This document shows positions 28,920 to 37,097 of a stretch of DNA of 64,000 nt, one piece after another. The notes under the pieces were generated by a model. The model was not told where the DNA came from and ran no database searches. It saw nothing but the letters and a program-made list of their open reading frames with translations. This DNA is from an uncultured Gammaproteobacteria bacterium (GTDB taxonomy: Bacteria; Pseudomonadota; Gammaproteobacteria; Steroidobacterales; Rariloculaceae): positions 1,822,224 through 1,886,223 of the forward strand of contig CAWAJM010000001.1 of the NCBI GenBank assembly GCA_963782445.1, given 5' to 3'. The position numbers were made by a program, and so were the translations under genes. Position 1 is the first letter of the stretch. Every line of letters begins with the position of its first letter.

Positions 28920-29786
28920 TCATTTTGAGTTATTGTTCGCACCGCTTGCTTGCTTCTTCAGCGACTCTATATACGCCTGAATCTTCTGCTGATTCACCGC
29001 GTTAGTCATCTTGTCTCGCACGGAGTCCAGTGACGGCGGCTGGTTGTCCTTCTTGTCCTCGAGCTCGATGACGTGCCAGCCATACTGCGTCTTGACCGGT
29101 TGCTCCGTGTAGGAGCCGACCTTCAGGCTTTTCACCGCCTCCCCGAACGGCTTGACCATCGACTCGGCCGTGAACCAACCGAGGTCTCCTCCGGAGGGTC
29201 CCGTCGGGCCCGTCGACTTCTTCTTAGCGAGTGCGGCGAAGTCGGCGCCCTTGTCGAGCTGTGCAATGATTGCCTTCGCCTCGTCCTCGGTCTTGACGAG
29301 GATATGGCGCGCTTTGTACTGAGTTGCGCCGAGGTTTGGTAGCTGCTTTTGGTAGGCAGCCTTGACCTCGTCATCGGTAGCCGGGTGCTGCTCGATATAC
29401 CGGTTGATCATCGCGCGGGCCAGTAGTTGCTGGCGCTGCAGCTCGAGCTCCACGGCGATCGTACGCTCCTGGGGCAGGCCCTTGGTCTGCGCCGCATCGG
29501 CGAGGAGTTGGAGATTCTCGAGGCTGTCGAGAACGCCCTTCCGTTGCTCGTCCGTCAGGTCTTCTGGCGCCTTGTGCAGGGCATTCTCGGTGTAGTAACG
29601 GTACATGGATTCGTTGATCGGCGTGCCGTCGGAGGCTTTGACGGTGCTCGTGCCGAGCGCATCGGAATTGCTGGCTGCCGCGCTGCCGTCGGCCTGGGTC
29701 TGCGGGCTCCCGTGTTGAGCGCATGCGGCCAACAAGACGGAGGCACAAGCGAGGCCTGCGGCGGCGAAATGCAATCGAAACTTCAT
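28920..29786 (-). CDS. PpiC/parvulin-type peptidyl-prolyl isomerase lipoprotein
   Basis: MKFRLHFAAAGLACASVLLAAC is a lipobox. A SurA-like N-terminal domain is followed by the parvulin core (YKARHILV...GGDLGWF....MV.PF..A...L..G......V.T.YGWHVI). The ATG at 29786 is used; the listed upstream extension overlaps bolA. Confidence 0.85.
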   Translation of the reverse strand: MKFRLHFAAAGLACASVLLAACAQHGSPQTQADGSAAASNSDALGTSTVKASDGTPINESMYRYYTENALHKAPEDLTDEQRKGVLDSLENLQLLADAAQTKGLPQERTIAVELELQRQQLLARAMINRYIEQHPATDDEVKAAYQKQLPNLGATQYKARHILVKTEDEAKAIIAQLDKGADFAALAKKKSTGPTGPSGGDLGWFTAESMVKPFGEAVKSLKVGSYTEQPVKTQYGWHVIELEDKKDNQPPSLDSVRDKMTNAVNQQKIQAYIESLKKQASGANNNSK

Positions 29787-29788
29787 CT

Positions 29789-30091
29789 CTATCCTTTCTC
29801 TCTCTCTCGGTGAGTTTCCTCGGCGGCAGAGGGGGCGAGGGCGACAAGACTGAGCGCATGGATGTCGGTCTTCATGAGATCGCCAAGCGCATCGTAGACC
29901 ATACGATGCCGCTCCAACGTCTTGGTTCCCAGGAACCGGTCCGATACGAGCCGCACTCGAAAGTGGCCGCGCCCGTCGCGGGCGCCCGGATGCCCGGCAT
30001 GCCGATGGCTTTCGTCCTTGATCTCGAGCTCTTCGGGCGCGAAGGCCTGCTCGAGGCAAGCGCGAATGGCGGAGACGCGATCCTCAGTCAG
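29789..30091 (-). CDS. BolA family protein (not in the ORF track; apparent CTG start)
   Basis: The minus-strand translation is (L/M)TEDRVSAIRACLEQAFAPEELEIKDESHRHAGHPGARDGRGHFRVRLVSDRFLGTKTLERHRMVYDALGDLMKTDIHALSLVALAP... There is no in-frame ATG/GTG/TTG after the upstream stop at 30122-30124. GGGAGAGGAGG lies 6 nt upstream of the CTG at 30091. Confidence 0.75.
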   Translation of the reverse strand: MTEDRVSAIRACLEQAFAPEELEIKDESHRHAGHPGARDGRGHFRVRLVSDRFLGTKTLERHRMVYDALGDLMKTDIHALSLVALAPSAAEETHREREKG

Positions 30092-30659
30092 GGCTGGCCT
30101 CCTCTCCCTGTGGCTGGGCCGCTATCTCCTGCCCCGAGGTGCGCACGGCGATCCATATGGCTTGGCCGATGGCCGTCAACAGCATCAGGCCGAACTCGCC
30201 GAACAGCTTGAAGTTGACCCAGGTGGCTTCCGTGAAGTTGTACAGGACGATCAGATTGGCGGCGCCCATGACTACGAAGGCGGCCACCCACATGAAATTG
30301 AGCTGGCGCCACATGTCCGCGTCCAGCGTTACGGCATGCCCCATGAGCCGTTGGATCAGCGGCTGTTTGCCGAAGTAGTACTGGCTTGCGAGAAAGGCAC
30401 CGGCAAATACCCAGTACACGACCGTCGGCTTCCACTCGATGAAAATGGGGTTGCGCAGCGCGAGTGTGATGCCGCCGAGCACGGCGACCGCGGCCGTCGA
30501 GACGAGCAGCATGCGGCTGACCCGGCGCCGGCGCAGCCATTGCGCGGCGAGCTGTGCGGCCATGATCGCGATAGTCGCTCCGGTTGCCACGTACATGCCG
30601 GCAAGCTTGTACGCCACGAAGAAGACGATAATCGGAAATAAATCAACGAGTAGCTGCAT
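30084..30659 (-). CDS. ispZ: Intracellular septation protein A (YciB/IspZ)
   Basis: MQLLVDLFPIIVFFVAYK... is the N-terminus of a 5-TM inner-membrane protein of the YciB family. Confidence 0.9.
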   Translation of the reverse strand: MQLLVDLFPIIVFFVAYKLAGMYVATGATIAIMAAQLAAQWLRRRRVSRMLLVSTAAVAVLGGITLALRNPIFIEWKPTVVYWVFAGAFLASQYYFGKQPLIQRLMGHAVTLDADMWRQLNFMWVAAFVVMGAANLIVLYNFTEATWVNFKLFGEFGLMLLTAIGQAIWIAVRTSGQEIAAQPQGEEASPD

Positions 30660-30746
30660 TAGGCGTGTACTCTGCTGGAGACCGCTAGGCGCATCTTAAC
30701 CCAAGCGGGGTGAGGCGCGCCCTCCGGCTGTGCTTACAATGGCGGC

Positions 30747-31370
30747 ATGAGCCAGTACTTCAAGGTCCATCCCATCAACCCACAGCCTCGTCTGCTCGAG
30801 CGAGCGGCCGAGAGCCTTGCGGCCGGGGGCGTCATCGTCTATCCGACCGATTCCGTCTACGCCTTCGGCTGCCGCATGGGGGAGAAGGAGGCGCTCGAGC
30901 GAATACGACGCATCCGGCGTACGGAGCGGGATCATGAATTTACGCTGGTCTGCCGCGACCTGTCCGAAATCGCAACTTACGCGAGGATAGACAATCAAAC
31001 CTACCGACTGTTGCGTTCCCTCACGCCCGGGCCCTACACCTTCATCCTCCGAGCCACGCACGACGTGCCGAAGCGGTTGCAGGATCCGAAGAAGCGGTCG
31101 ATCGGTATCCGCGTGCCGGATCACCCGATTGTGGCCGCGCTGCTGGAGGTTTTCGGGGCCCCGATCCTGAGCTCGTCGCTCCTGCTCCCGGAGGAGGAGC
31201 TGCCGATGTCGGATCCGGAGGAGATCCGCGACCGGCTCGGCAGTCAGGTGGATGCCATCGTCGACGGCGGCGCATGCGGCGTGGAGCCGACGACCATCCT
31301 CGATCTCAGCGGCGATACGTTTACCGTCCTGCGCGCCGGCAAGGGCCCTGCGCCGAACTTCGCTTCGTAA
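30747..31370 (+). CDS. yciO: YciO (Sua5/YciO/YrdC family) protein
   Basis: It aligns closely with E. coli YciO (MSQ.F..HP.NPQ.RL...A......GGVIVYPTDS.YA.GC......ERI.RIR......FTL.CRDLSE..TY). Confidence 0.87.
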   Translation: MSQYFKVHPINPQPRLLERAAESLAAGGVIVYPTDSVYAFGCRMGEKEALERIRRIRRTERDHEFTLVCRDLSEIATYARIDNQTYRLLRSLTPGPYTFILRATHDVPKRLQDPKKRSIGIRVPDHPIVAALLEVFGAPILSSSLLLPEEELPMSDPEEIRDRLGSQVDAIVDGGACGVEPTTILDLSGDTFTVLRAGKGPAPNFAS

Positions 31371-31405
31371 GCCCGCCGAGCCTTTAGAGAGCGTATAATA
31401 CGGCG

Positions 31406-32077
31406 ATGCCGGGACTAGATTTTGCTCACCTCATTCGGGTCTTGTCGGTGGCGGCCATCCCTGGCGTACTGGCAATTACCCTTCACGAAGTTGCCCACGG
31501 CTGGGCGGCCCGCCTACTCGGGGACAACACCGCCTACATGGCCGGGCGGCTCAGCCTGAATCCGTTGAAGCACGTGGATCCAATCGGCACGGTCGTCCTG
31601 CCGATCGTGATGCTGCTGATCCCGGGCGGCCCCATCTTCGGCTGGGCGAAACCGGTTCCCGTGGCTTTCGGTCGGCTCCACCACCCGCGGCGCGACATGA
31701 TCCTCGTGGCGGCCGCGGGGCCGGGCTCCAACCTGCTCATGGCGCTCGCGTGGGCGCTCATCGGTGCGCTCGAGATGCTCGTCCTGCACGTGGGGGGCCT
31801 GCCGGGCCAGTGGATCATCGGGGTCTGCCGGTTCGGGATCGAGATCAACGTCGTCTTGGCCGTTTTCAACATGGTGCCGATTCCGCCCCTCGACGGCGGC
31901 CGCGTGCTCGCGGGGCTGCTGCCGCCGCAAGGCGCCCGGATGCTTGATCAAATCGAGCCGTTCGGGATACTCATCGTTTTGGTGCTGCTCATGACTGTCC
32001 TGTGGCGGTTCCTCTCGGGGCCCGTCGTGTATTTCGTCAATGTGTTCTACTCGATAGCCGGATTCGGACACCTATGA
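31406..32077 (+). CDS. Site-2 protease family (M50) membrane metalloprotease
   Basis: It has the HEVAHGW zinc motif, multiple TM segments and the NMVPIPPLDGGRV motif. Confidence 0.8.
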   Translation: MPGLDFAHLIRVLSVAAIPGVLAITLHEVAHGWAARLLGDNTAYMAGRLSLNPLKHVDPIGTVVLPIVMLLIPGGPIFGWAKPVPVAFGRLHHPRRDMILVAAAGPGSNLLMALAWALIGALEMLVLHVGGLPGQWIIGVCRFGIEINVVLAVFNMVPIPPLDGGRVLAGLLPPQGARMLDQIEPFGILIVLVLLMTVLWRFLSGPVVYFVNVFYSIAGFGHL

Positions 32078-32973
32078 CAGCCGAAGCCGAGGCCCCCAAA
32101 CCCAAGCTGCGGCTCGTTCCGCAAGTGCCGCCTCCTATCAGCGGCGAGGCGGGGTCGCCGGCGCAGGGCGAGATGCCGTTCGCGATCGTCGAGGGGGAGC
32201 CGGTCACGCAGTTGCCGCGGGATCTCTACATTCCGCCTCACGCGCTCAAGGTCTTCCTCGAGGCATTCGAGGGGCCGCTCGATCTGCTGCTCTACCTGAT
32301 TCGCCGCCAGAATCTCGACATCCTCGACATCCCGATCGCGGAGATCTCGCGGCAGTACGTTCAGTACATCGAGCTCATGAAAGAGATGCAGTTCGAGCTC
32401 GCGGGCGAGTATCTCGTCATGGCGGCCACGCTCGCGGAGATCAAGTCCCGCATGCTGCTGCCGCGCGCACCGGAGGAAGAAGGCGAGGAAGACGATCCGC
32501 GCGCCGAGCTCGTCCGGCGGCTTCAGGAATACGAGCGGTTCAAGAAGGCCGCGGAGGATATCGATTCGCTCGAGCGGCTCGAGCGGGATGTCCTGCAGGC
32601 GGAGGCCGAGATCGTCGAGCGGCCCATCGTCACGAAGCTCCCGGACGTGACGCTCAAGGAGCTGCTGTTCGCGTTCAAGGAAGTCCTCGACCGCTCCAGC
32701 ATGTTCGCGCATCACCACGTGCAGCGGGAACCGCTCTCGGTGCGGGAGCGCATGTCCAACGTGCTGCTGGTGCTTCAGGATCGAGAGGATGCCGAGTTCA
32801 CGGCGCTGTTCGACCCGACGGAGGGCCGCATGGGCGTCACGGTGACTTTTCTTGCGATCCTCGAATTGGTGAAAGAGACGCTGATCGAAGTCGCGCAGGC
32901 GGAGCCGTTTGCGCCGATCCGTGTACGCTCCAAGCAATCTTCCGCGCCCGACGAGCAATCCGAGCGCGCCTGA
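32074..32973 (+). CDS. scpA: Segregation and condensation protein A
   Basis: FEGPLDLLLYLIRRQNLDILDIPIAEI..QY is the ScpA signature. The start overlaps the upstream stop as ATGA. Confidence 0.88.
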   Translation: MTAEAEAPKPKLRLVPQVPPPISGEAGSPAQGEMPFAIVEGEPVTQLPRDLYIPPHALKVFLEAFEGPLDLLLYLIRRQNLDILDIPIAEISRQYVQYIELMKEMQFELAGEYLVMAATLAEIKSRMLLPRAPEEEGEEDDPRAELVRRLQEYERFKKAAEDIDSLERLERDVLQAEAEIVERPIVTKLPDVTLKELLFAFKEVLDRSSMFAHHHVQREPLSVRERMSNVLLVLQDREDAEFTALFDPTEGRMGVTVTFLAILELVKETLIEVAQAEPFAPIRVRSKQSSAPDEQSERA

Positions 32974-32981
32974 GAGTCGAG

Positions 32982-34073
32982 ATGGACCCGACGCAGATCA
33001 AGCACGTCATCGAGGCCGCGTTGCTCGCGGCTGGCCGTCCCCTGCCGTTCGACAAGCTCGCTTCGCTGTTTGCCGCGAAGGGTTCCGAGCTGGATCGCGA
33101 TACGCTTCGTCAAGCGCTCGAGGGGCTCGAGGCGGACTACAAGGAGCGCGGTCTGGAGCTCAAGGAAGTCGCGAGCGGCTATCGGATCCAGATCAGGAGC
33201 TCGATGACGGATTGGCTCGTGCCGCTCTGGGAGGAGAGGGCACCGCGGTATACCAGAGCGCTCCTCGAGACGCTTGCGCTGATCGCCTATCGCCAGCCCA
33301 TCACGCGTGCCGAGATCGAAGACGTGCGCGGTGTCGCCGTGAGCACGAATATCATTCGAACCTTGATGGAACGAAGCTGGATCCGCGTCGTCGGTCATCG
33401 CGATGTCCCCGGCAAACCAGCCATGTTCGGGACCACGCGGGATTTTCTCGACTACTTCGGGCTCAGGAAGCTCGAAGACTTGCCGACGCTCGCGGACATC
33501 AAGGAGGGTCTGCCCGAGGAGAGCCCGCAGGGAGATTTCATCGACGTGCTGGCTTCCGGCGAGGAAGGCGAGAGCGCCGAGGCGCTGGCGCTGAGCGAGG
33601 CCGAGGTCAGCGTCGTCATCGCCCAGGCAGCGATGAGCGAAGAATCCGAGGGCGAAGCCGAAGCCGAACCGGTCGAGGTGGCAGACCTCGAGGCGGCGGA
33701 TGACTTCGAGCCGGAAGATTTCGCGGCGGAGGGTGCCGAGCCGGAGGATTTCGAGCCGGAGGATTTCGAGCGCGAGGATCTCGAACCCGAAGATTCGGAC
33801 GCCGAAGACGCCGATTCGGAGGAGCTCGAAGTCGTCGTGGTGTTCGATTCCGATTCGGACGCCGAGGATGCTCCGGAGGGCCAAGCGGATTCGGCTGCGG
33901 ACCTCGATTCGGAAGCCGAAGCCGAAGCCGAAGCGGAAGGCGAAGGCGAGCCAGAAGGGCGCGTGTCCGAATTTGACGACCGCGCGCCGCCGAGCGAAGC
34001 GCCCGAAGACGAGACGGAAGGCGACGCGGAGGACTCGACGAGCGTCGGGCTCGCGCGCTCGGAGTCGCACTGA
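32982..34073 (+). CDS. scpB: Segregation and condensation protein B with a roughly 165-aa acidic C-terminal tail
   Basis: The winged-helix core reads IEAALLAAGRPL...LETLALIAYRQPITRAEIEDVRGV.....I.TL.ER.WI. A D/E-rich tail with EPEDF repeats follows. Confidence 0.85.
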   Translation: MDPTQIKHVIEAALLAAGRPLPFDKLASLFAAKGSELDRDTLRQALEGLEADYKERGLELKEVASGYRIQIRSSMTDWLVPLWEERAPRYTRALLETLALIAYRQPITRAEIEDVRGVAVSTNIIRTLMERSWIRVVGHRDVPGKPAMFGTTRDFLDYFGLRKLEDLPTLADIKEGLPEESPQGDFIDVLASGEEGESAEALALSEAEVSVVIAQAAMSEESEGEAEAEPVEVADLEAADDFEPEDFAAEGAEPEDFEPEDFEREDLEPEDSDAEDADSEELEVVVVFDSDSDAEDAPEGQADSAADLDSEAEAEAEAEGEGEPEGRVSEFDDRAPPSEAPEDETEGDAEDSTSVGLARSESH

Positions 34074-34075
34074 CT

Positions 34076-34840
34076 CTGGGCGAGCGTATTCAAAAGGTCC
34101 TCGCCAATGCGGGGCTCGGGTCGAGACGCGAGATCGAGCGCTGGATCGTGGCGGGCCGCGTTACGGTCGACGGCCGGCAAGCCGAGCTCGGCCAACGCAT
34201 CGAGGGTCGGGAGCGCGTACTGCTCGATGGACGGCCGGTGGCGCTCGCGTCGCGCGGCGCCGCTCACCGCCACCTTGCCTACTACAAGCCCGCCGGGGAG
34301 CTCACGACGCGGGACGACCCCGAACGCCGTCCGACCGTTTTCGACCGGCTGCCGACCCCCGGCCACGGGCGGTGGATCGCAATCGGCCGCCTCGACCTCA
34401 ATACGCAGGGTCTGCTGCTGCTCACGACCGACGGGGAGCTGGCGAACCGACTCATGCATCCGAGTCGGCAGGTCGCGCGGGAGTATGCGGTGCGGCTCCT
34501 CGGCCGGCCGAGCGACGCGCAGCTCGAGCGGCTGCTAGGGGGCATCGAGCTCGAGGACGGCCCGGCGAAGTTCGACCATATCGAATACCGCGGCGGTGAG
34601 GGCGCGAACGAATGGCTGCACGTGACATTGCGGGAAGGCCGCAATCGCGAAGTGCGGCGGATGTTCGAGGCGCTGAACCTGACCGTGAGCCGGCTGATCA
34701 GGGTGCGCTACGGTCCGATTCAGCTCGCCCGTCTGCAGCGCGGCCGCTCGCGCGAGCTCGGCACGGGCGAGGTCGAGGCGCTCTATCGGGCGGTCGGCCT
34801 CTCGGTGCCGGGCAAACGGGCACCCGGCCAACGCGGCTGA
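34076..34840 (+). CDS. rluB: 23S rRNA pseudouridine synthase RluB (apparent CTG start)
   Basis: The S4 motif (L/M)GERIQKVLANAGLGSRREIERWIVAGRVTVDG lies upstream of the first GTG (34148). The only candidate starts are CTG 34076 or 34070. The catalytic motif IGRLDLNTQGLLLLT is present. Confidence 0.82.
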   Translation: MGERIQKVLANAGLGSRREIERWIVAGRVTVDGRQAELGQRIEGRERVLLDGRPVALASRGAAHRHLAYYKPAGELTTRDDPERRPTVFDRLPTPGHGRWIAIGRLDLNTQGLLLLTTDGELANRLMHPSRQVAREYAVRLLGRPSDAQLERLLGGIELEDGPAKFDHIEYRGGEGANEWLHVTLREGRNREVRRMFEALNLTVSRLIRVRYGPIQLARLQRGRSRELGTGEVEALYRAVGLSVPGKRAPGQRG

Positions 34841-34882
34841 TGCCTAGCGGCGCGTGATCCCGCCGCTGCACCGCCGAGCCCA

Positions 34883-35641
34883 TCATGCCGGCTTGGGGGT
34901 CTGCACCTCGATGCGCTGCCCCGTCGTACCCTTGCTGTCGGGCCCGAGCAGGTAGAGATACGGCTTTGTCAGGGATTCGGGCGCCGGGATCTGCGACGGA
35001 TCCTCGGCCGGATAGGCCTTCGCGCGCATTTGGGTCCGCGCGGGGCCTGGATTGATGCAATTGACGCGCACCGCCGTTTTCTCCATTTCGTCGGCCAAGA
35101 CCTGCGTCATGCCCTCGACGGCGAACTTCGAGACCGCGTAGGCGCCCCAATAGGCCCGGCCCTTGTGGCCGACGCCGCTCGTCGTGAACAGCACGGATGC
35201 GTCGGCCGAGTTGCGCAGCAGCGGCAGCATGCAGCGCGTCAGGATGAACGCCGTATTGACGTTGACGTGCATGACGCGCTGCCAGACGCCGATGTCGTAG
35301 TACTCGATCGGCGCCCGTTCGCCGAGGAGCCCGGCGTTGTGAAGCAGGCCATCGAGCCGTCCGTAGCGTTCCTCGATCTGATCGATGAGCTCCTGATACT
35401 GGGGCCCTTGCGCGCGCTCGAGGTCGAGCTGGGCGGCGGCGGGCTCGGGGCCGAGCGGGCATAGCTCCTCGTACAAGGCCTGCAGCGCTTTGGCGTCTCG
35501 GCCGTGCAGCAGCACGGTCGCGCCGTGGCGCACGAGATCGGTGGCGACGGCACGGCCGATGCCGCGCGTCGCGCCGGTCACGAGGATCACCCGGTCCTTC
35601 AACAGATCGGCCGGCGGCGAGTAGTCCTGCATTTCGATCAC
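34883..35641 (-). CDS. yciK: YciK family SDR oxidoreductase
   Basis: It has VILVTGATRGIGRA (a TGxxxGxG motif) and YxxxK (YAVSKFAVEGM), with YciK-like length and gene context. Confidence 0.83.
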   Translation of the reverse strand: MIEMQDYSPPADLLKDRVILVTGATRGIGRAVATDLVRHGATVLLHGRDAKALQALYEELCPLGPEPAAAQLDLERAQGPQYQELIDQIEERYGRLDGLLHNAGLLGERAPIEYYDIGVWQRVMHVNVNTAFILTRCMLPLLRNSADASVLFTTSGVGHKGRAYWGAYAVSKFAVEGMTQVLADEMEKTAVRVNCINPGPARTQMRAKAYPAEDPSQIPAPESLTKPYLYLLGPDSKGTTGQRIEVQTPKPA

Positions 35642-35685
35642 TGCATGCTCCGATTCGTTCGCATCCTGGGTTGGAGGGCCGCGGG

Positions 35686-36348
35686 CTACGCAAGGTCCCC
35701 GAGCATGGCGACGAGCTCGCGCGGATGGCGCGCGACGTAGTCGGCAGACCAGGCCGTGACATCCACGTGCGGACGGATGTAGCCGTAGGCGGCCGCGATC
35801 GTGACCATGCCGGCGGCGCGTCCCGCCTCGACGTCCCGCGGCGCGTCACCGACATAGACGCAGTGTTCCGGCGCAATGCCGAGCTCCCCGGCGGCGAGCA
35901 GCAGCGGCGCCGGATGCGGCTTTCGCTGCGGCAACTGATCGCCGCTCACGACGCTGCCCGGCCGGCCGCCGAGCCCGAGCGCATCGAGAAGCGGCACCGT
36001 CATGGCGCGCGGTTTGTTCGTGACGACGCCCCAGCGTCGCCCAATACGAGAAATACAATCATCAATATCGTTTAACGTGATGTATAAACGAGAATTTATG
36101 CAGACATCGCGGGCATAAAGCTCGATGAAGCGCGCGCGCAGCGCTTCGAACTCCGCCGCCGGCCCGGCGTCGCCGAAACCGAGCCGAACGAGACCCGTGG
36201 AGCCGTTCGAGACTTCGTTGCGGGCGATCGCGTACGGCATCGGCGCGCGGCCGGCCTCTGCCAGCATGCGGTTCAGGACCGCCACGAGATCCGGGGCCGT
36301 ATCGGCGAGCGTACCGTCGAGGTCGAAGAGGACGGCAGCGATGCTCAT
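35686..36348 (-). CDS. gph: HAD-family phosphoglycolate phosphatase
   Basis: MSIAAVLFDLDGTLADT contains the DxDGT motif, and VYVGDAPRDVEAGRAAGM follows. The start overlaps the ubiG stop as ATGA. Confidence 0.83.
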   Translation of the reverse strand: MSIAAVLFDLDGTLADTAPDLVAVLNRMLAEAGRAPMPYAIARNEVSNGSTGLVRLGFGDAGPAAEFEALRARFIELYARDVCINSRLYITLNDIDDCISRIGRRWGVVTNKPRAMTVPLLDALGLGGRPGSVVSGDQLPQRKPHPAPLLLAAGELGIAPEHCVYVGDAPRDVEAGRAAGMVTIAAAYGYIRPHVDVTAWSADYVARHPRELVAMLGDLA

Positions 36349-37097
36349 GGCGAGGCACGCTCGTGTGCCGCGCTTTTGACCGCGTGCAGAAAGTAGTTGA
36401 CGTCGACGTTGCCGCCCATCGTGTAGTCCCCGAAAAGGGGATTGAAGTGCAGGCCCGTGAGGCCTTCGACCGTGAGGCCGGCGCGCCGGCACCAGGCCCC
36501 GAGCTGCGACGGGCGGATGAGCTTGAGGTATTCGTGCGTGCCCCGCGGCACCATGCGCAGCACGTGCTCGGCCGCGACGATCGCGAGCAGGAAGCTCTTC
36601 GGGTTGCGGTTGATCGTCGAGAAGAAGGCCGCGCCCCCGGGTTTCAGCGCCGCGGCGCAGGCCGCCACGATTGCCTCGGGGTCTGGCACGTGCTCGAGCA
36701 GCTCGAGGCAGGTGACGATGTCGAACCGGCCGCGCTGCGCGACGGCGACCTCGTCAACGTCGATGCACTCGTAATGGATCTGCAGGCCGGCCGCCGCCGC
36801 GTGCGCGCGGGCTGTATCGATGTTCGCAGCAGCCAGGTCGATGCCGGTCACGTCGGCGCCTTCGGCCGCGAGGGCCTCGCACAGCAGGCCGCCGCCGCAA
36901 CCAACGTCGAGCGCCCGGACGCCGCGCAGCGCGGCCCGATCGCGGACGTAGGCGAGGCGCAGCGGATTGATCGCGTGCAGGGTCCGAAACGGCCCTTGCG
37001 GGTCCCACCAGTCTGCCGCGCGCGAGGCAAACTTCGCGAGCTCGGCCGGATCCGCGTTGCCTGTCGTGTCGTCCATTGGCCGGCCTTCGTCCATCAT
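36345..37097 (-). CDS. ubiG: Bifunctional ubiquinone biosynthesis O-methyltransferase UbiG
   Basis: The sequence reads ELAKFASRAADWWDPQGPFRTLHAINPLRLAYV, with the SAM motif LDVGCGGGLLCE. The ATG at 37097 overlaps the upstream stop as ATGA. Confidence 0.9.
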   Translation of the reverse strand: MMDEGRPMDDTTGNADPAELAKFASRAADWWDPQGPFRTLHAINPLRLAYVRDRAALRGVRALDVGCGGGLLCEALAAEGADVTGIDLAAANIDTARAHAAAAGLQIHYECIDVDEVAVAQRGRFDIVTCLELLEHVPDPEAIVAACAAALKPGGAAFFSTINRNPKSFLLAIVAAEHVLRMVPRGTHEYLKLIRPSQLGAWCRRAGLTVEGLTGLHFNPLFGDYTMGGNVDVNYFLHAVKSAAHERASP

